Assembly (NCBI GenBank): GCA_964618805.1
Contig: CAZUBM010000004.1
Location: forward strand, 49,936-113,935
From: an uncultured Nitrososphaerota archaeon
GTDB taxonomy: Archaea; Korarchaeota; Korarchaeia; Korarchaeales; Korarchaeaceae
Direction of reading: 5' to 3'
Length of the DNA: 64,000 bases
Shown one piece after another: positions 19,260-28,282 of this stretch. The notes under the pieces are model-generated. The model saw only the letters and a list, made by a program, of their open reading frames with translations, had not been told where the DNA came from and ran no database searches. The translations under genes were made by a program, and so were the position numbers. How positions within the stretch are numbered: position 1 is the first letter of the stretch; each line of letters starts with the position of its first letter.

Positions 19260-20488
19260 CTCACCCCCCTAATCCTAAGAACGGGCTCTGGTCCCTTCAC
19301 CTTGGCCTCAAGAACCTCTTCAAAGATCTTCTTGAGAAGCTTTGGAGGCATATCTCTTCCTCCAAGTCCGTAAACAAAGTCGACCATCGTTGGCGCATCC
19401 TTAGCTCCGTAAAGTGCTGCGCATAAATCGGAATAGAGCTGACCGAAGTGCCCGAAGCTTATGCCCCTATCAAGGACGCCGACAGCGTCGTAGTTTAAGA
19501 GAACCTTCCTCAAAAGTTCTCTTGGGAAGGGTCTGAAAACCCTTATCCTAATTGATCCAACCTTCTTTCCCTCCTCTCTAAGTTCATCTACCACAGTCTT
19601 TGTGGTTCCCATCGTAGATCCTAGGCCTACAACCACGATATCCGCATCCTCTGTTTTATAGGGCTCAATAAACCCATTTCCATAAGATCTGCCGCTTATC
19701 TCAGCATATTCCCTGTGAACACGCTCTATGACCTTGAAAGATCTTTCCATGGCCTCTATTTGCTGCCTCTTATGTTCAAAGTAGTAGTCAAACAAGTCAA
19801 GAGGCCCAAAAGTAAGTGGATATTTGGGGTTCAGCATGAGAGGCACTTCCCTGTCCCCATAAATGTCGGGGACCTTTATTCTTGGGACCTTTCTAGTCCC
19901 AAGAAATTCATGGACAACTTCATCTGGCAGTAAAGAGACGTTTTGAAGCGTGTGGCTTATGAGGAAGCCGTCTAGCGTAACCATAGTCGGAAGCAGGACT
20001 TCAGGATCCTCAGATATCTTGAAGGCCTGTATGATGCTATCATATGCCTCCTGAGCATCTTCACAATAAATCTGGATCCAACCAGAGTCTCTAGCTCCCA
20101 TAGAATCGTTATGATCGCAGTGAATGTTAATGGGTCCCGACGGAGCCCTGTTAACAACGGCCATAACTACTGGCATCCTGAGCGAAGCCGTTATGTAAAG
20201 TATCTCAAACATTAACTGAAGCCCGTTAGCGGCTGTAGCCGTAAAAGCTCTTGCACCTGCGGCAGCAGCTCCAATGCATGCGCTTAACGCACTGTGCTCG
20301 CTCTCCACCTTAATAAACTCAATGTCAACTTCTCCGTTATGGACGAAATCAGATATCCTCTCAACGATTATGGTCTGTGGAGTTATTGGATAAGCTGAAA
20401 CTACATCGACATTGCTTTGTTTAACAGCCCAAGCAACAGCCTCATCTCCATTAAGAGCCATCATCTTTTGCTTAACAACCTTCTGCAT
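19256..20488 (-). CDS. porA: Pyruvate/2-oxoacid:ferredoxin oxidoreductase alpha subunit
   Basis: AYPITPQT, VESEHSA, GLGGRD motifs. Confidence 0.92.
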   Translation of the reverse strand: MQKVVKQKMMALNGDEAVAWAVKQSNVDVVSAYPITPQTIIVERISDFVHNGEVDIEFIKVESEHSALSACIGAAAAGARAFTATAANGLQLMFEILYITASLRMPVVMAVVNRAPSGPINIHCDHNDSMGARDSGWIQIYCEDAQEAYDSIIQAFKISEDPEVLLPTMVTLDGFLISHTLQNVSLLPDEVVHEFLGTRKVPRIKVPDIYGDREVPLMLNPKYPLTFGPLDLFDYYFEHKRQQIEAMERSFKVIERVHREYAEISGRSYGNGFIEPYKTEDADIVVVGLGSTMGTTKTVVDELREEGKKVGSIRIRVFRPFPRELLRKVLLNYDAVGVLDRGISFGHFGQLYSDLCAALYGAKDAPTMVDFVYGLGGRDMPPKLLKKIFEEVLEAKVKGPEPVLRIRGVR

Positions 20489-20492
20489 ACCA

Positions 20493-20759
20493 TCACCTTA
20501 CCATCTCAATCGCTTTCACAGGACATTCCTCTGCACAAATGCCACATCCCTTGCAGTAGTCGTAATTAGGTTCTGGAACACTCTCTCCATCCCACTGAAT
20601 GGCTGAATCAGGGCAAAAAACCCAACAGTTGCCGCATTTTATGCATTTCTCTTCATCGATTACAGGTCTGAATACCTTCCAATCCCCCGTGTGGTATTCA
20701 GTCGACTTAAGGAATGGTATTCCTGCTATAGGTATCTCCCGCCAACCTCTTTTGTTCAT
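20493..20759 (-). CDS. porD: 2-oxoacid:ferredoxin oxidoreductase delta subunit (2x[4Fe-4S])
   Basis: TGDWK..RP, CIKCGNCWVFCP, CKGCGICAEECP. Confidence 0.92.
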   Translation of the reverse strand: MNKRGWREIPIAGIPFLKSTEYHTGDWKVFRPVIDEEKCIKCGNCWVFCPDSAIQWDGESVPEPNYDYCKGCGICAEECPVKAIEMVR

Positions 20760-21313
20760 CCTGTCCTCACCTCCTTTAGGGCTCGCTCAATTGCTCTTAT
20801 GTTCTTCTCACCGACCTCTCCTGGCCACCTCTCCCTCACAACGGACTTAATTGCATCCAAAGGAACAACAGAAGCTGCTTTGAGCAAAGCACCCAACATA
20901 GGCGTGTTTGTTATAGCCCTACCCATCTCCTCAAGTGCTATTGTGGTAGCATCTACTGTCCAGACCTTTACGTCCTTTGGAACTCCTAGCTTTCTCCTTA
21001 TCTCCTCAGGACTGTCCGATGTGTTCACGAGAAAATGGCCATTAGGCTTTATTCCAGCTAAAATTGATGTTCCGCTCTCTAACAAGGTTGGATCGATTAC
21101 TATGACTATATCTGGCTCATATATGCTTGCATGAATTACTATTGGTTTATCATCAATCCTGTTGTATGCCTGAACAGGTGCCCCAGTCCTCTCCGGACCA
21201 AACTCTGGGAACGACTGCGCATATTTATCCGTCTTTATGGCTGCGGTGGCCAGGAGTATGGATGCACTCCAGACACCTTGACCTCCTCTTCCATGCCATC
21301 TTATCTCAAGCAT
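20756..21313 (-). CDS. porG: 2-oxoacid:ferredoxin oxidoreductase gamma subunit
   Basis: EIRWHGRGGQG, FGPERTGAP motifs. Confidence 0.92.
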   Translation of the reverse strand: MLEIRWHGRGGQGVWSASILLATAAIKTDKYAQSFPEFGPERTGAPVQAYNRIDDKPIVIHASIYEPDIVIVIDPTLLESGTSILAGIKPNGHFLVNTSDSPEEIRRKLGVPKDVKVWTVDATTIALEEMGRAITNTPMLGALLKAASVVPLDAIKSVVRERWPGEVGEKNIRAIERALKEVRTG

Positions 21314-21463
21314 TGTAGAACGCCTGAGGAATTGGTTGTGTCATTCAGTTAAAAACTTGAAATAGAAGATTTAAACGAGCTCTTAAGGCTTATTTTTGTG
21401 AAATTCGTAAGAAGACAGATGTTAAGAACTTCTACTTCATGAAAATCAATTATGGAGGCTCGC

Positions 21464-22579
21464 TTATGATAGACAAATCACTGGTGCCTTAGGAAATCTA
21501 CCTAAATTAATCCATTCGCAAGGCGATGCATTTGCAAGGATAATTCTTATCCCAATAGGTTTTCTCTTCCTAAAGGCTAAGACCATTGCATCTCTGAAAA
21601 GCTCTGCTAGATCCTTCTCCCTTACGGAGGAAGATAGAATCACCATGTCCAAGCCAGCAACAGAAACAGATATCATGGACACCAGATCCATTGCAGAAAT
21701 TGAACCAGAGGCACCCAACTCTTTTAACCTGTTGTCTTCAGCTAGGGGCAACATTACCTCATTAAACCCTGTCGTTCGGAAATATTTGGATAGCCCTGAA
21801 ATCGAGATATTGAGCTTATGGATTGCATTTAGAGTTCCAGGCATTCCAAAGGTTGCTCCAGATATTGTCTCTATGATGCGAGCTGCACTCTCCTCCATCC
21901 AAGGGGAGAGGGAAGCGTCTATCCCTATGAACTCAAATCCTTGGTCCAAGCACGCTAATCTAATATCTTGGACGACCGGGTAGAATAAAGATAACAAGAT
22001 TTCACCTAGACTTTCTCCATTTGAAGAAAGAAGTTTATCATGAAGGCTTCCTGCATACCTTAAGCATGCAGATACCCCTCTTCTAATCGATATAGAAGCT
22101 GGAAAGTATGGCGTCTCAGGAGGACCTCCATATGCAATTGCAAATCTAGTACAGGCCTCTGATCCTGCTTTCTCGTAGATTTTCTTGATGAGATCTGCCA
22201 TTGGGAGAAGATTTAAACCGCAAGGATCATCCCTAAGATTCCCTGCCTTGATGTTGTAGAATATTCTGGAAGTCTCAGAAAGGGAGGTAGAAAGTTGGTC
22301 AGCTATCTTCTCAGGATCTTGCTTTCCCAGAGGTATGACAGCATAGTCAATTCCCGAATCTGACAAGGATTCCTCTATTCGCTCCGATACTTTAAGGAGA
22401 TCCTCTCTCTTGAAATTAAGTTGAGGAAATACGGCTCTTTTGGTCCATATTTTTGACTTTGAGAACCTTTCTATCTTTTTGAACCTCTCTGAATCTTCTA
22501 AAAGCTGATCTATTAGGTAATCAACACTCTTTTTCCTTGAAGGAGAAATATGGTATGTTAGGGCTCTTATTAAAACCAT
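21464..22579 (-). CDS. DUF711 (UPF0210-like) protein
   Basis: PYFPA, GIDASLSPW, GFNEVMLPLAED, AGLDMV motifs; likely start MVLIRALT at 22579. Confidence 0.75.
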   Translation of the reverse strand: MVLIRALTYHISPSRKKSVDYLIDQLLEDSERFKKIERFSKSKIWTKRAVFPQLNFKREDLLKVSERIEESLSDSGIDYAVIPLGKQDPEKIADQLSTSLSETSRIFYNIKAGNLRDDPCGLNLLPMADLIKKIYEKAGSEACTRFAIAYGGPPETPYFPASISIRRGVSACLRYAGSLHDKLLSSNGESLGEILLSLFYPVVQDIRLACLDQGFEFIGIDASLSPWMEESAARIIETISGATFGMPGTLNAIHKLNISISGLSKYFRTTGFNEVMLPLAEDNRLKELGASGSISAMDLVSMISVSVAGLDMVILSSSVREKDLAELFRDAMVLAFRKRKPIGIRIILANASPCEWINLGRFPKAPVICLS

Positions 22580-22706
22580 ACACGGCGCTAGATTATGGAA
22601 ATCTAAAAAAGTTGTGCTTAATTTGAGACAAACGAAACCAAAAAGTGAAGACCAATATTCCACTGGATTAAGAGCGTTTAAATAGCCTAGTACAATTCTC
22701 ATGTAG

Positions 22707-23411
22707 GTGTTTGGGATGGTTCAAAAGCACAGACTTTTGGACGATAAGACCAGAAGAACATTGGAGGAAAGATTTCAAAGAGATCTGGAGGAGGAGGTTC
22801 ACATAGTTTTATTTAAGGGTCTTGGAAATGAGGAATATGAGAGCTGGTGTGAAAGGCTGTTATTGGAGCTTGAAGAGCTGTCAGAAAAGATAAAGGTCTC
22901 TGTCTTTAATGTGCTCGAAAAAACTGATCTTATTGAAAAATACGAGATAATAAGCACTCCAACAATATTAATTTCCCCAGAAAAAGGCTATAAGATAAGA
23001 TGCGCGGGTAGCCCGATGGGATACGAAGCCTGGTCGTTTATTGAGACGATAGTAGCAGTATCAAAGGGGGAGAGCGGTCTAGGATTAAGGGCAAGGGAAG
23101 TAGCTAGGGAGATCATAAATAGGGGAATTGAGGTAAAAGCATCTGTTTTTGTAACTCCTTCATGTCCTTACTGCCCTCAGCAAGTCCTAGCTGCAAACAA
23201 ATTTGCCATAGAGGCTAAGGGCTACTTCACAGCAGAGTGCGTGGAAGCCCAGGAGAATATGGATCTTGCCATGAAGTTCAACGTTACCGGCGTTCCTCAT
23301 ACTGTAATTTTCGTAAAGGAGGATAATGGATGGGTTCCAAAGAGAGACGATTTGGTTGGACTTAGACCTGAGGATATGTTTGCTGAAGAAATCCTAGAAG
23401 CGATAGGGTGA
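22707..23411 (+). CDS. Protein disulfide oxidoreductase (two thioredoxin folds)
   Basis: FVTPSCPYCP, G.PMGYE, VTGVP motifs. Confidence 0.85.
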   Translation: MFGMVQKHRLLDDKTRRTLEERFQRDLEEEVHIVLFKGLGNEEYESWCERLLLELEELSEKIKVSVFNVLEKTDLIEKYEIISTPTILISPEKGYKIRCAGSPMGYEAWSFIETIVAVSKGESGLGLRAREVAREIINRGIEVKASVFVTPSCPYCPQQVLAANKFAIEAKGYFTAECVEAQENMDLAMKFNVTGVPHTVIFVKEDNGWVPKRDDLVGLRPEDMFAEEILEAIG

Positions 23412-23417
23412 ATCAAA

Positions 23418-24293
23418 TTGGCCAAGATATTGCTGCTTAATGATGATGGGCCCAATAGCCCACCCTTCTTAGCTTTCTGGAGGGAACTTATGAGATCTAA
23501 TATCGGAGAACTTTATACCATAACTCCAGAGCATGAAATGAGCGCAGCTGGTAAGGGACTAACGCTTCATAAACCCCTTAGACTTTACAAAAGAGTTATT
23601 GAGGTGGATGGAGAGAAAGGAATACTCTACCTAACTAATGGAACTCCAGGAGATTGTGTTGTAGTTGCTATAGACCTTATAATAGGGTCAAAGCCAGATC
23701 TGGTGATTTCCGGAATAAACAAAGGCGATAATACGACGATAGACAACCTCTTCACAAGCGGGACCATAGCTGGTGCACTCCAAGGGGTTCTAAATGGGGC
23801 CAAAGCAGCAGCTTTTTCTACAGAGATACCAATAGGCGAGTTTGAGCTTGAAATAGATCACTTTAAGCCTCACGCAAAGATAGCGGTGAGGATAGCCAAG
23901 TGGCTAGTTGAGAACGAACTTCCTGGAATTCATCTTCTTAACGTAAACTTTCCGTACAGAGTTACGGAAAAGACTCCAATAAAGCTGACAAAGCTTGGTT
24001 GGACAAAATTCACTAATTACGTTCTCGAGAGATTAGATCCAAGGGGAAGACCATATTACTGGATAGCTAGCACGTTCAAAGATCTCACAACTGAGGGACC
24101 CGAAACAGATGTTTACGCGTTGGAGGCAGAAAAGGCGATTTCGATAACACCAATAAAGCTGGATCTTAGCATATTCGGCTTTGTGGAAAAGGATCCTACT
24201 CTGCTGAAGAAACAGGCAGAAGAAGCCATTAAAAAGCTGAATGAGCTTATTTCAATCCTTGAAAAAATGAAAGAAGAGATTTTTATCTGCTAA
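23418..24293 (+). CDS. surE: 5'/3'-nucleotidase SurE
   Basis: LLNDDG, GTPGDC, SGINKG, SGT motifs. Confidence 0.92.
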   Translation: MAKILLLNDDGPNSPPFLAFWRELMRSNIGELYTITPEHEMSAAGKGLTLHKPLRLYKRVIEVDGEKGILYLTNGTPGDCVVVAIDLIIGSKPDLVISGINKGDNTTIDNLFTSGTIAGALQGVLNGAKAAAFSTEIPIGEFELEIDHFKPHAKIAVRIAKWLVENELPGIHLLNVNFPYRVTEKTPIKLTKLGWTKFTNYVLERLDPRGRPYYWIASTFKDLTTEGPETDVYALEAEKAISITPIKLDLSIFGFVEKDPTLLKKQAEEAIKKLNELISILEKMKEEIFIC

Positions 24294-24766
24294 CGGTCTT
24301 TAATGAGCTTAATACCATATTGACTTACTATTTCCCTAGAGAGTTTTTGAGAGATCGCAATTATGAATATCTCAGCAGTTACTTGAACCTCTCCTTCCAA
24401 AAGATGTCCTGCAACAACGCCTTTCTTGGTTCCAAGCACAACATGTAGATGTGGGAGTAGTTTGCCGTCAGGTAGCACTGAAATGTTCCCTTGAAGAGAA
24501 GCAAGCTCAGAAAAGCCCTCAATGTACTCTGGTTCATATTCCCCTCTCTCGGGAGAGAACACTCCAACTTTTGCCCTTTTTACTCCCCCTATTCCCGTTA
24601 CAAGCGCTCCTTTTATTCCTCTCTTCTCCGCAACCTCAGTTAACTTAGCGATTATCTCATCTCCATCCTCCAACCTTAGAAAAATTACTTCTTTTACAGA
24701 ACCAGGAAGTCCGGGCAAGGTTTCTTGACTCATTCTTCCACCCCTTTGGCTTAAGGTCCTCAACAT
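24290..24766 (-). CDS. PPC domain (DUF296) protein
   Basis: ELASLQGNIS, PHLHVVLG, AGHL motifs. Confidence 0.85.
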   Translation of the reverse strand: MLRTLSQRGGRMSQETLPGLPGSVKEVIFLRLEDGDEIIAKLTEVAEKRGIKGALVTGIGGVKRAKVGVFSPERGEYEPEYIEGFSELASLQGNISVLPDGKLLPHLHVVLGTKKGVVAGHLLEGEVQVTAEIFIIAISQKLSREIVSQYGIKLIKDR

Positions 24767-24855
24767 AATAAAGCCTTCTCAAACAAATTTTGCGCATCTA
24801 GCAAAATGAGTTTTGTGATGAATGACACCATTTTAATAATTCGAGCCAAGATGCT

Positions 24856-25998
24856 GTGAAGGATATGATCCCTATAGCTAGGCCAATTTTAGGCGAAGAT
24901 GAGATAAATGCGGTTGGAGATGTCCTTCAAAGCGGGCAACTTGCTCAAGGCCCAAAAGTCAAGGAATTTGAGGAAAAGTTCGCAGAATACATCGGCACTA
25001 AGTACGCTGTTGCAGTTTCCAACGGAACAGCCGCTCTTCAACTGGCTCTAATAGCGTTAGGCGTCAGACCAGGAGACGAGGTCATAACAAGCCCACTAAG
25101 TTTCTTTGCAAGCGCAAGCTCCATACTCCTAATAGGGGCAAAACCTGTATTTGTGGATGTGGAGGAGAGAACATATAACATAGATCCTAAAAAGATAAGA
25201 GCAGCTATTACCCCGAAAACGAAAGCAATAATGGTTGTCCATTTACACGGTCATCCTGCTGACATGGACCCAATACTTGAGGTAGCAAGGGAGGAAAGTA
25301 TCCCAGTGCTTGAAGACGCTGCACAAGCTCATGGTGCCGAGTACAAGGGGAAAAAAGCTGGCTCATTGGGAGATGCTGCAGCGTTCAGCTTCTATGCAAC
25401 AAAGAATATGACTACAGGGGAGGGTGGAATGATTACCACTGATTCTAAGGAAATTGCTGAGATGGTTTCCCTTCTAAGGCACCACGGACAAACCTCCAGA
25501 TACATCCATAATTATCTAGGATATAACATGAGGATGACAGAATTGCAGGCAGCTATAGGATTGGTTCAGCTAAGGAAGCTTGATGCAAACAACGAGAGAC
25601 GTAGGAAAATAGCTAAGAGATATTCTGAAGAGCTATCAGATCTTAAGGAACTCATTCTACCTATAGAAGAACCGTGGGCTAAGCATTCATGGCATCTCTA
25701 TGCCGTTAGGACGGAAAAGAGTAAAAGAGATTCTTTGATAAGCAAACTGAGGGAGCTTGGTGTAGATGCAAGGCCCACTTATCCAATACCTTTGCACAAA
25801 CAGCCAATTATGGAAAAACTGGGCGATGAAGGAAGGAACTTTCTAGCTAGGATTTTCTCTACAATTTCTTACTCAAATGTTTCAATGCCCATAGCTGAAA
25901 AGCTAACTAAAGAGCTCTTTTACATACCCATCTACCATAATCTCTCGGATGAAGAAGTTTCCAAGGTAATCTACTCGGTCAGAAAGGCTCTTTCCTAA
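24856..25998 (+). CDS. DegT/DnrJ/EryC1/StrS family sugar aminotransferase
   Basis: EDAAQAHGA, SFYATKNMTTGEGG, GYNMRM motifs. Confidence 0.92.
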   Translation: MKDMIPIARPILGEDEINAVGDVLQSGQLAQGPKVKEFEEKFAEYIGTKYAVAVSNGTAALQLALIALGVRPGDEVITSPLSFFASASSILLIGAKPVFVDVEERTYNIDPKKIRAAITPKTKAIMVVHLHGHPADMDPILEVAREESIPVLEDAAQAHGAEYKGKKAGSLGDAAAFSFYATKNMTTGEGGMITTDSKEIAEMVSLLRHHGQTSRYIHNYLGYNMRMTELQAAIGLVQLRKLDANNERRRKIAKRYSEELSDLKELILPIEEPWAKHSWHLYAVRTEKSKRDSLISKLRELGVDARPTYPIPLHKQPIMEKLGDEGRNFLARIFSTISYSNVSMPIAEKLTKELFYIPIYHNLSDEEVSKVIYSVRKALS

Positions 25999-26001
25999 AG
26001 C

Positions 26002-26340
26002 TTGCCGAAAGTTATATTTGCGGAGGACTTTTTGGCAGTGATGGCGGGGAGTGTAATGGAACAAACAGATCCCTTCGAAAAATCCATCTATAGAGTTGCA
26101 ATTTCACTAGTGATATTTGGACTAGGCCTTTTATCAACTCTCTTCGTAATAGCAATGATCCTCTTCATTAAAGAAATGGGAGAAGGAAGAGCATCTCCTA
26201 GTGGTTATACAGCTGACCTCGTAGCATCATTAACAAGGATACTTCCTCTAACTATAGCTTTAGCAGCAGCTCTAATAATGCTTAACAAGGGGCTCAGCCT
26301 CCTTCTCAGGATGAGAGAGCTTTCTGAGAGCGCCCAATAG
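26002..26340 (+). CDS. Hypothetical two-TM membrane protein
   Basis: Two hydrophobic helices; follows the aminotransferase directly. Confidence 0.5.
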   Translation: MPKVIFAEDFLAVMAGSVMEQTDPFEKSIYRVAISLVIFGLGLLSTLFVIAMILFIKEMGEGRASPSGYTADLVASLTRILPLTIALAAALIMLNKGLSLLLRMRELSESAQ

Positions 26341-26411
26341 ATTTATTCTTCATTTCTGCTTGAGAGGAAACTTTCCACTGTAAGCAAGAGATTTTTCAGC
26401 AGGTAAAGGCG

Positions 26412-27005
26412 TCAGATTTCTTTTAGAATGCTGTTCAATTTCTCAGATGCTTTTAGCGAAACCTTCTTGTGAAGGTTATCCCCGCATGAGTCAATTGCAA
26501 CTAGCAATGGCCCGAAATTCTCGACTTCGAGGACCCACATAGCCTCTGGAATTCCAAGATCTAACCAAAAGACTTCTTTTACCCTTCTTACGGCTTTGAT
26601 CGCTAAAGCGGATGCTCCACCAGGGAAAGTTGCATAAAATGCTCCAAATCTCTTCATAGCCTCAGCAGTTTTGTCTCCCATTCCTCCTTTACCTATTACA
26701 GCACGTATTCCAGTTTTCTGTATGAACTCAGCCTCGAATATCTCCATCCTCGTGCTCGTTGTAGGTCCACCACCAAAAATCTGCCACTCTTCACCCACTT
26801 TCTTAATGACGGGCCCACAATGGTAGATTGCTAGACCTTTCAGATCTATGGGTAATTTCTCTCCTTTATTCAAGACCTCAAGTACTCGCCTATGAGCAGC
26901 GTCCCTTGCAGTCACAATGGTTCCAGAAAGATAGACTACATCACCAACTCTGAGCTTTCTAGCATCCTCCTCAGGTATAGGTGTTTCTAATCTATATTCA
27001 GCCAT
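26412..27005 (-). CDS. Class I Fe-S fumarate/tartrate hydratase beta subunit
   Basis: TARDAAH, GPTTSTRM, IGKGG motifs; likely start MAEYRL at 27005. Confidence 0.9.
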   Translation of the reverse strand: MAEYRLETPIPEEDARKLRVGDVVYLSGTIVTARDAAHRRVLEVLNKGEKLPIDLKGLAIYHCGPVIKKVGEEWQIFGGGPTTSTRMEIFEAEFIQKTGIRAVIGKGGMGDKTAEAMKRFGAFYATFPGGASALAIKAVRRVKEVFWLDLGIPEAMWVLEVENFGPLLVAIDSCGDNLHKKVSLKASEKLNSILKEI

Positions 27006-27015
27006 ATCCATCACC

Positions 27016-27885
27016 TCAAGGCATGAGGATCTGGTAAGATCCATCCCTCTTGAACTTAGCGATTCCTCTTCTAGATGCCCAGCACATAGTACATACGCCT
27101 ACCGGAAGGCTTGCAGGATGTCGATGTGCCCACTCAATGCTTACTCCCAGCACGGTTATCTTGCCACCGACGCCCATTGGACCAATTCCTAGAGAATTTA
27201 AGGCTGAAAAGAGCTCCTCTTCTAATTTTGCAATTTTTTCATCAGGATTTCTCTCATCTAACCTCCTAAAGAGAGCTTTCTTAGCTAAAACCATTGCAAA
27301 GTCCTCTGCTCCTCCTATACCAACTCCCACTATTATTGGAGGACATGGCTTGGCTCCAGCCTCGAAAACTGCCCTTAAAACGACCTCCTTTACACCTCTT
27401 ATACCTAATCCTGGACTTATCATATAGAGCCGGCTTGTGTTTGCGCTTCCCCCTCCCTTGGGCATGAACTTCACAGTTAGCTCATCTCCAGGAACTATCT
27501 CGTAATGAATTATCGGTACAAATCTTCCGACATTATCCCCACTATTCTTCCCTGTGAAGGGATTAACAGCGTTGGGCCTTAGAGGAATTTCTTGGGTTGC
27601 TTTTCTAATGACTTCCTCAAAGATTGGTCTCAGGTTTCTGACAGGAAAGTTCTCGCCGATTTCAACGAAGAACGTCGGAGTTCCAGTATCCTGACAAATC
27701 GGCAAATTCTCTTTTAGAGCAAGTTCGGCATCTTTTAGCAAGGCTTCTAGCTGAGATTTGGCCAAATCGCTTTCTTCTGTTTCAAAAGCTCTTCTTAGAG
27801 CGGTAAGCACATCATCCGGAAGCTTTACTGAGGTCTTCTTTACAAGCTGAAACAAGCCTTCTTCCAACAGTTTAACGCTAGACAT
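27016..27885 (-). CDS. Class I Fe-S fumarate/tartrate hydratase alpha subunit
   Basis: PICQDTG, KGGGS, PCPP, CWASR motifs; likely start MSSVK at 27885. Confidence 0.9.
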   Translation of the reverse strand: MSSVKLLEEGLFQLVKKTSVKLPDDVLTALRRAFETEESDLAKSQLEALLKDAELALKENLPICQDTGTPTFFVEIGENFPVRNLRPIFEEVIRKATQEIPLRPNAVNPFTGKNSGDNVGRFVPIIHYEIVPGDELTVKFMPKGGGSANTSRLYMISPGLGIRGVKEVVLRAVFEAGAKPCPPIIVGVGIGGAEDFAMVLAKKALFRRLDERNPDEKIAKLEEELFSALNSLGIGPMGVGGKITVLGVSIEWAHRHPASLPVGVCTMCWASRRGIAKFKRDGSYQILMP

Positions 27886-28005
27886 CTCGCTCAGTAGCGT
27901 GTTGAAATCAATAAACTTTAACCCCTTCGTTGTATGTGATAAACGCTTAGAGTGACATGGTTGAGAAAAGGATATTAATTGGATGAGTAAATCCAATATT
28001 TAGCT

Positions 28006-28271
28006 ATGAAGGTGAAGATCAGGCTATTCGCATCATTTAGGGAGATCGCAGGAAAAAAGAAGCTGAATTAGATGTTCCAGAAAATTCAATGGTTTTGGAT
28101 GTAATTAAGAAATTGGCAGAACATTTTCCAAAACTAAAGGAGAGGCTTCTAGAAGGAGATAATATGAAAGATGACTATCATGTTGTTAAAGGGGGAAGAT
28201 GGCTTAAGGAGAATGATCTATTGCTGGACGGGGATCAGATCGCGATATTCCCCATGTTAGGGGGAGGGTAA
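28006..28271 (+). CDS. SAMP/MoaD/ThiS ubiquitin-like sulfur carrier, split by a -1 frameshift
   Basis: ATG 28006 gives MKVKIRLFASFREIAGKKKLN* (stop 28069-28071); the -1 frame continues EAELDVPENS...IAIFPMLGGG*. Junction at A AAA AAG (28053-28059). Confidence 0.8.
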
Positions 28272-28282
28272 AGTGAGCTATT

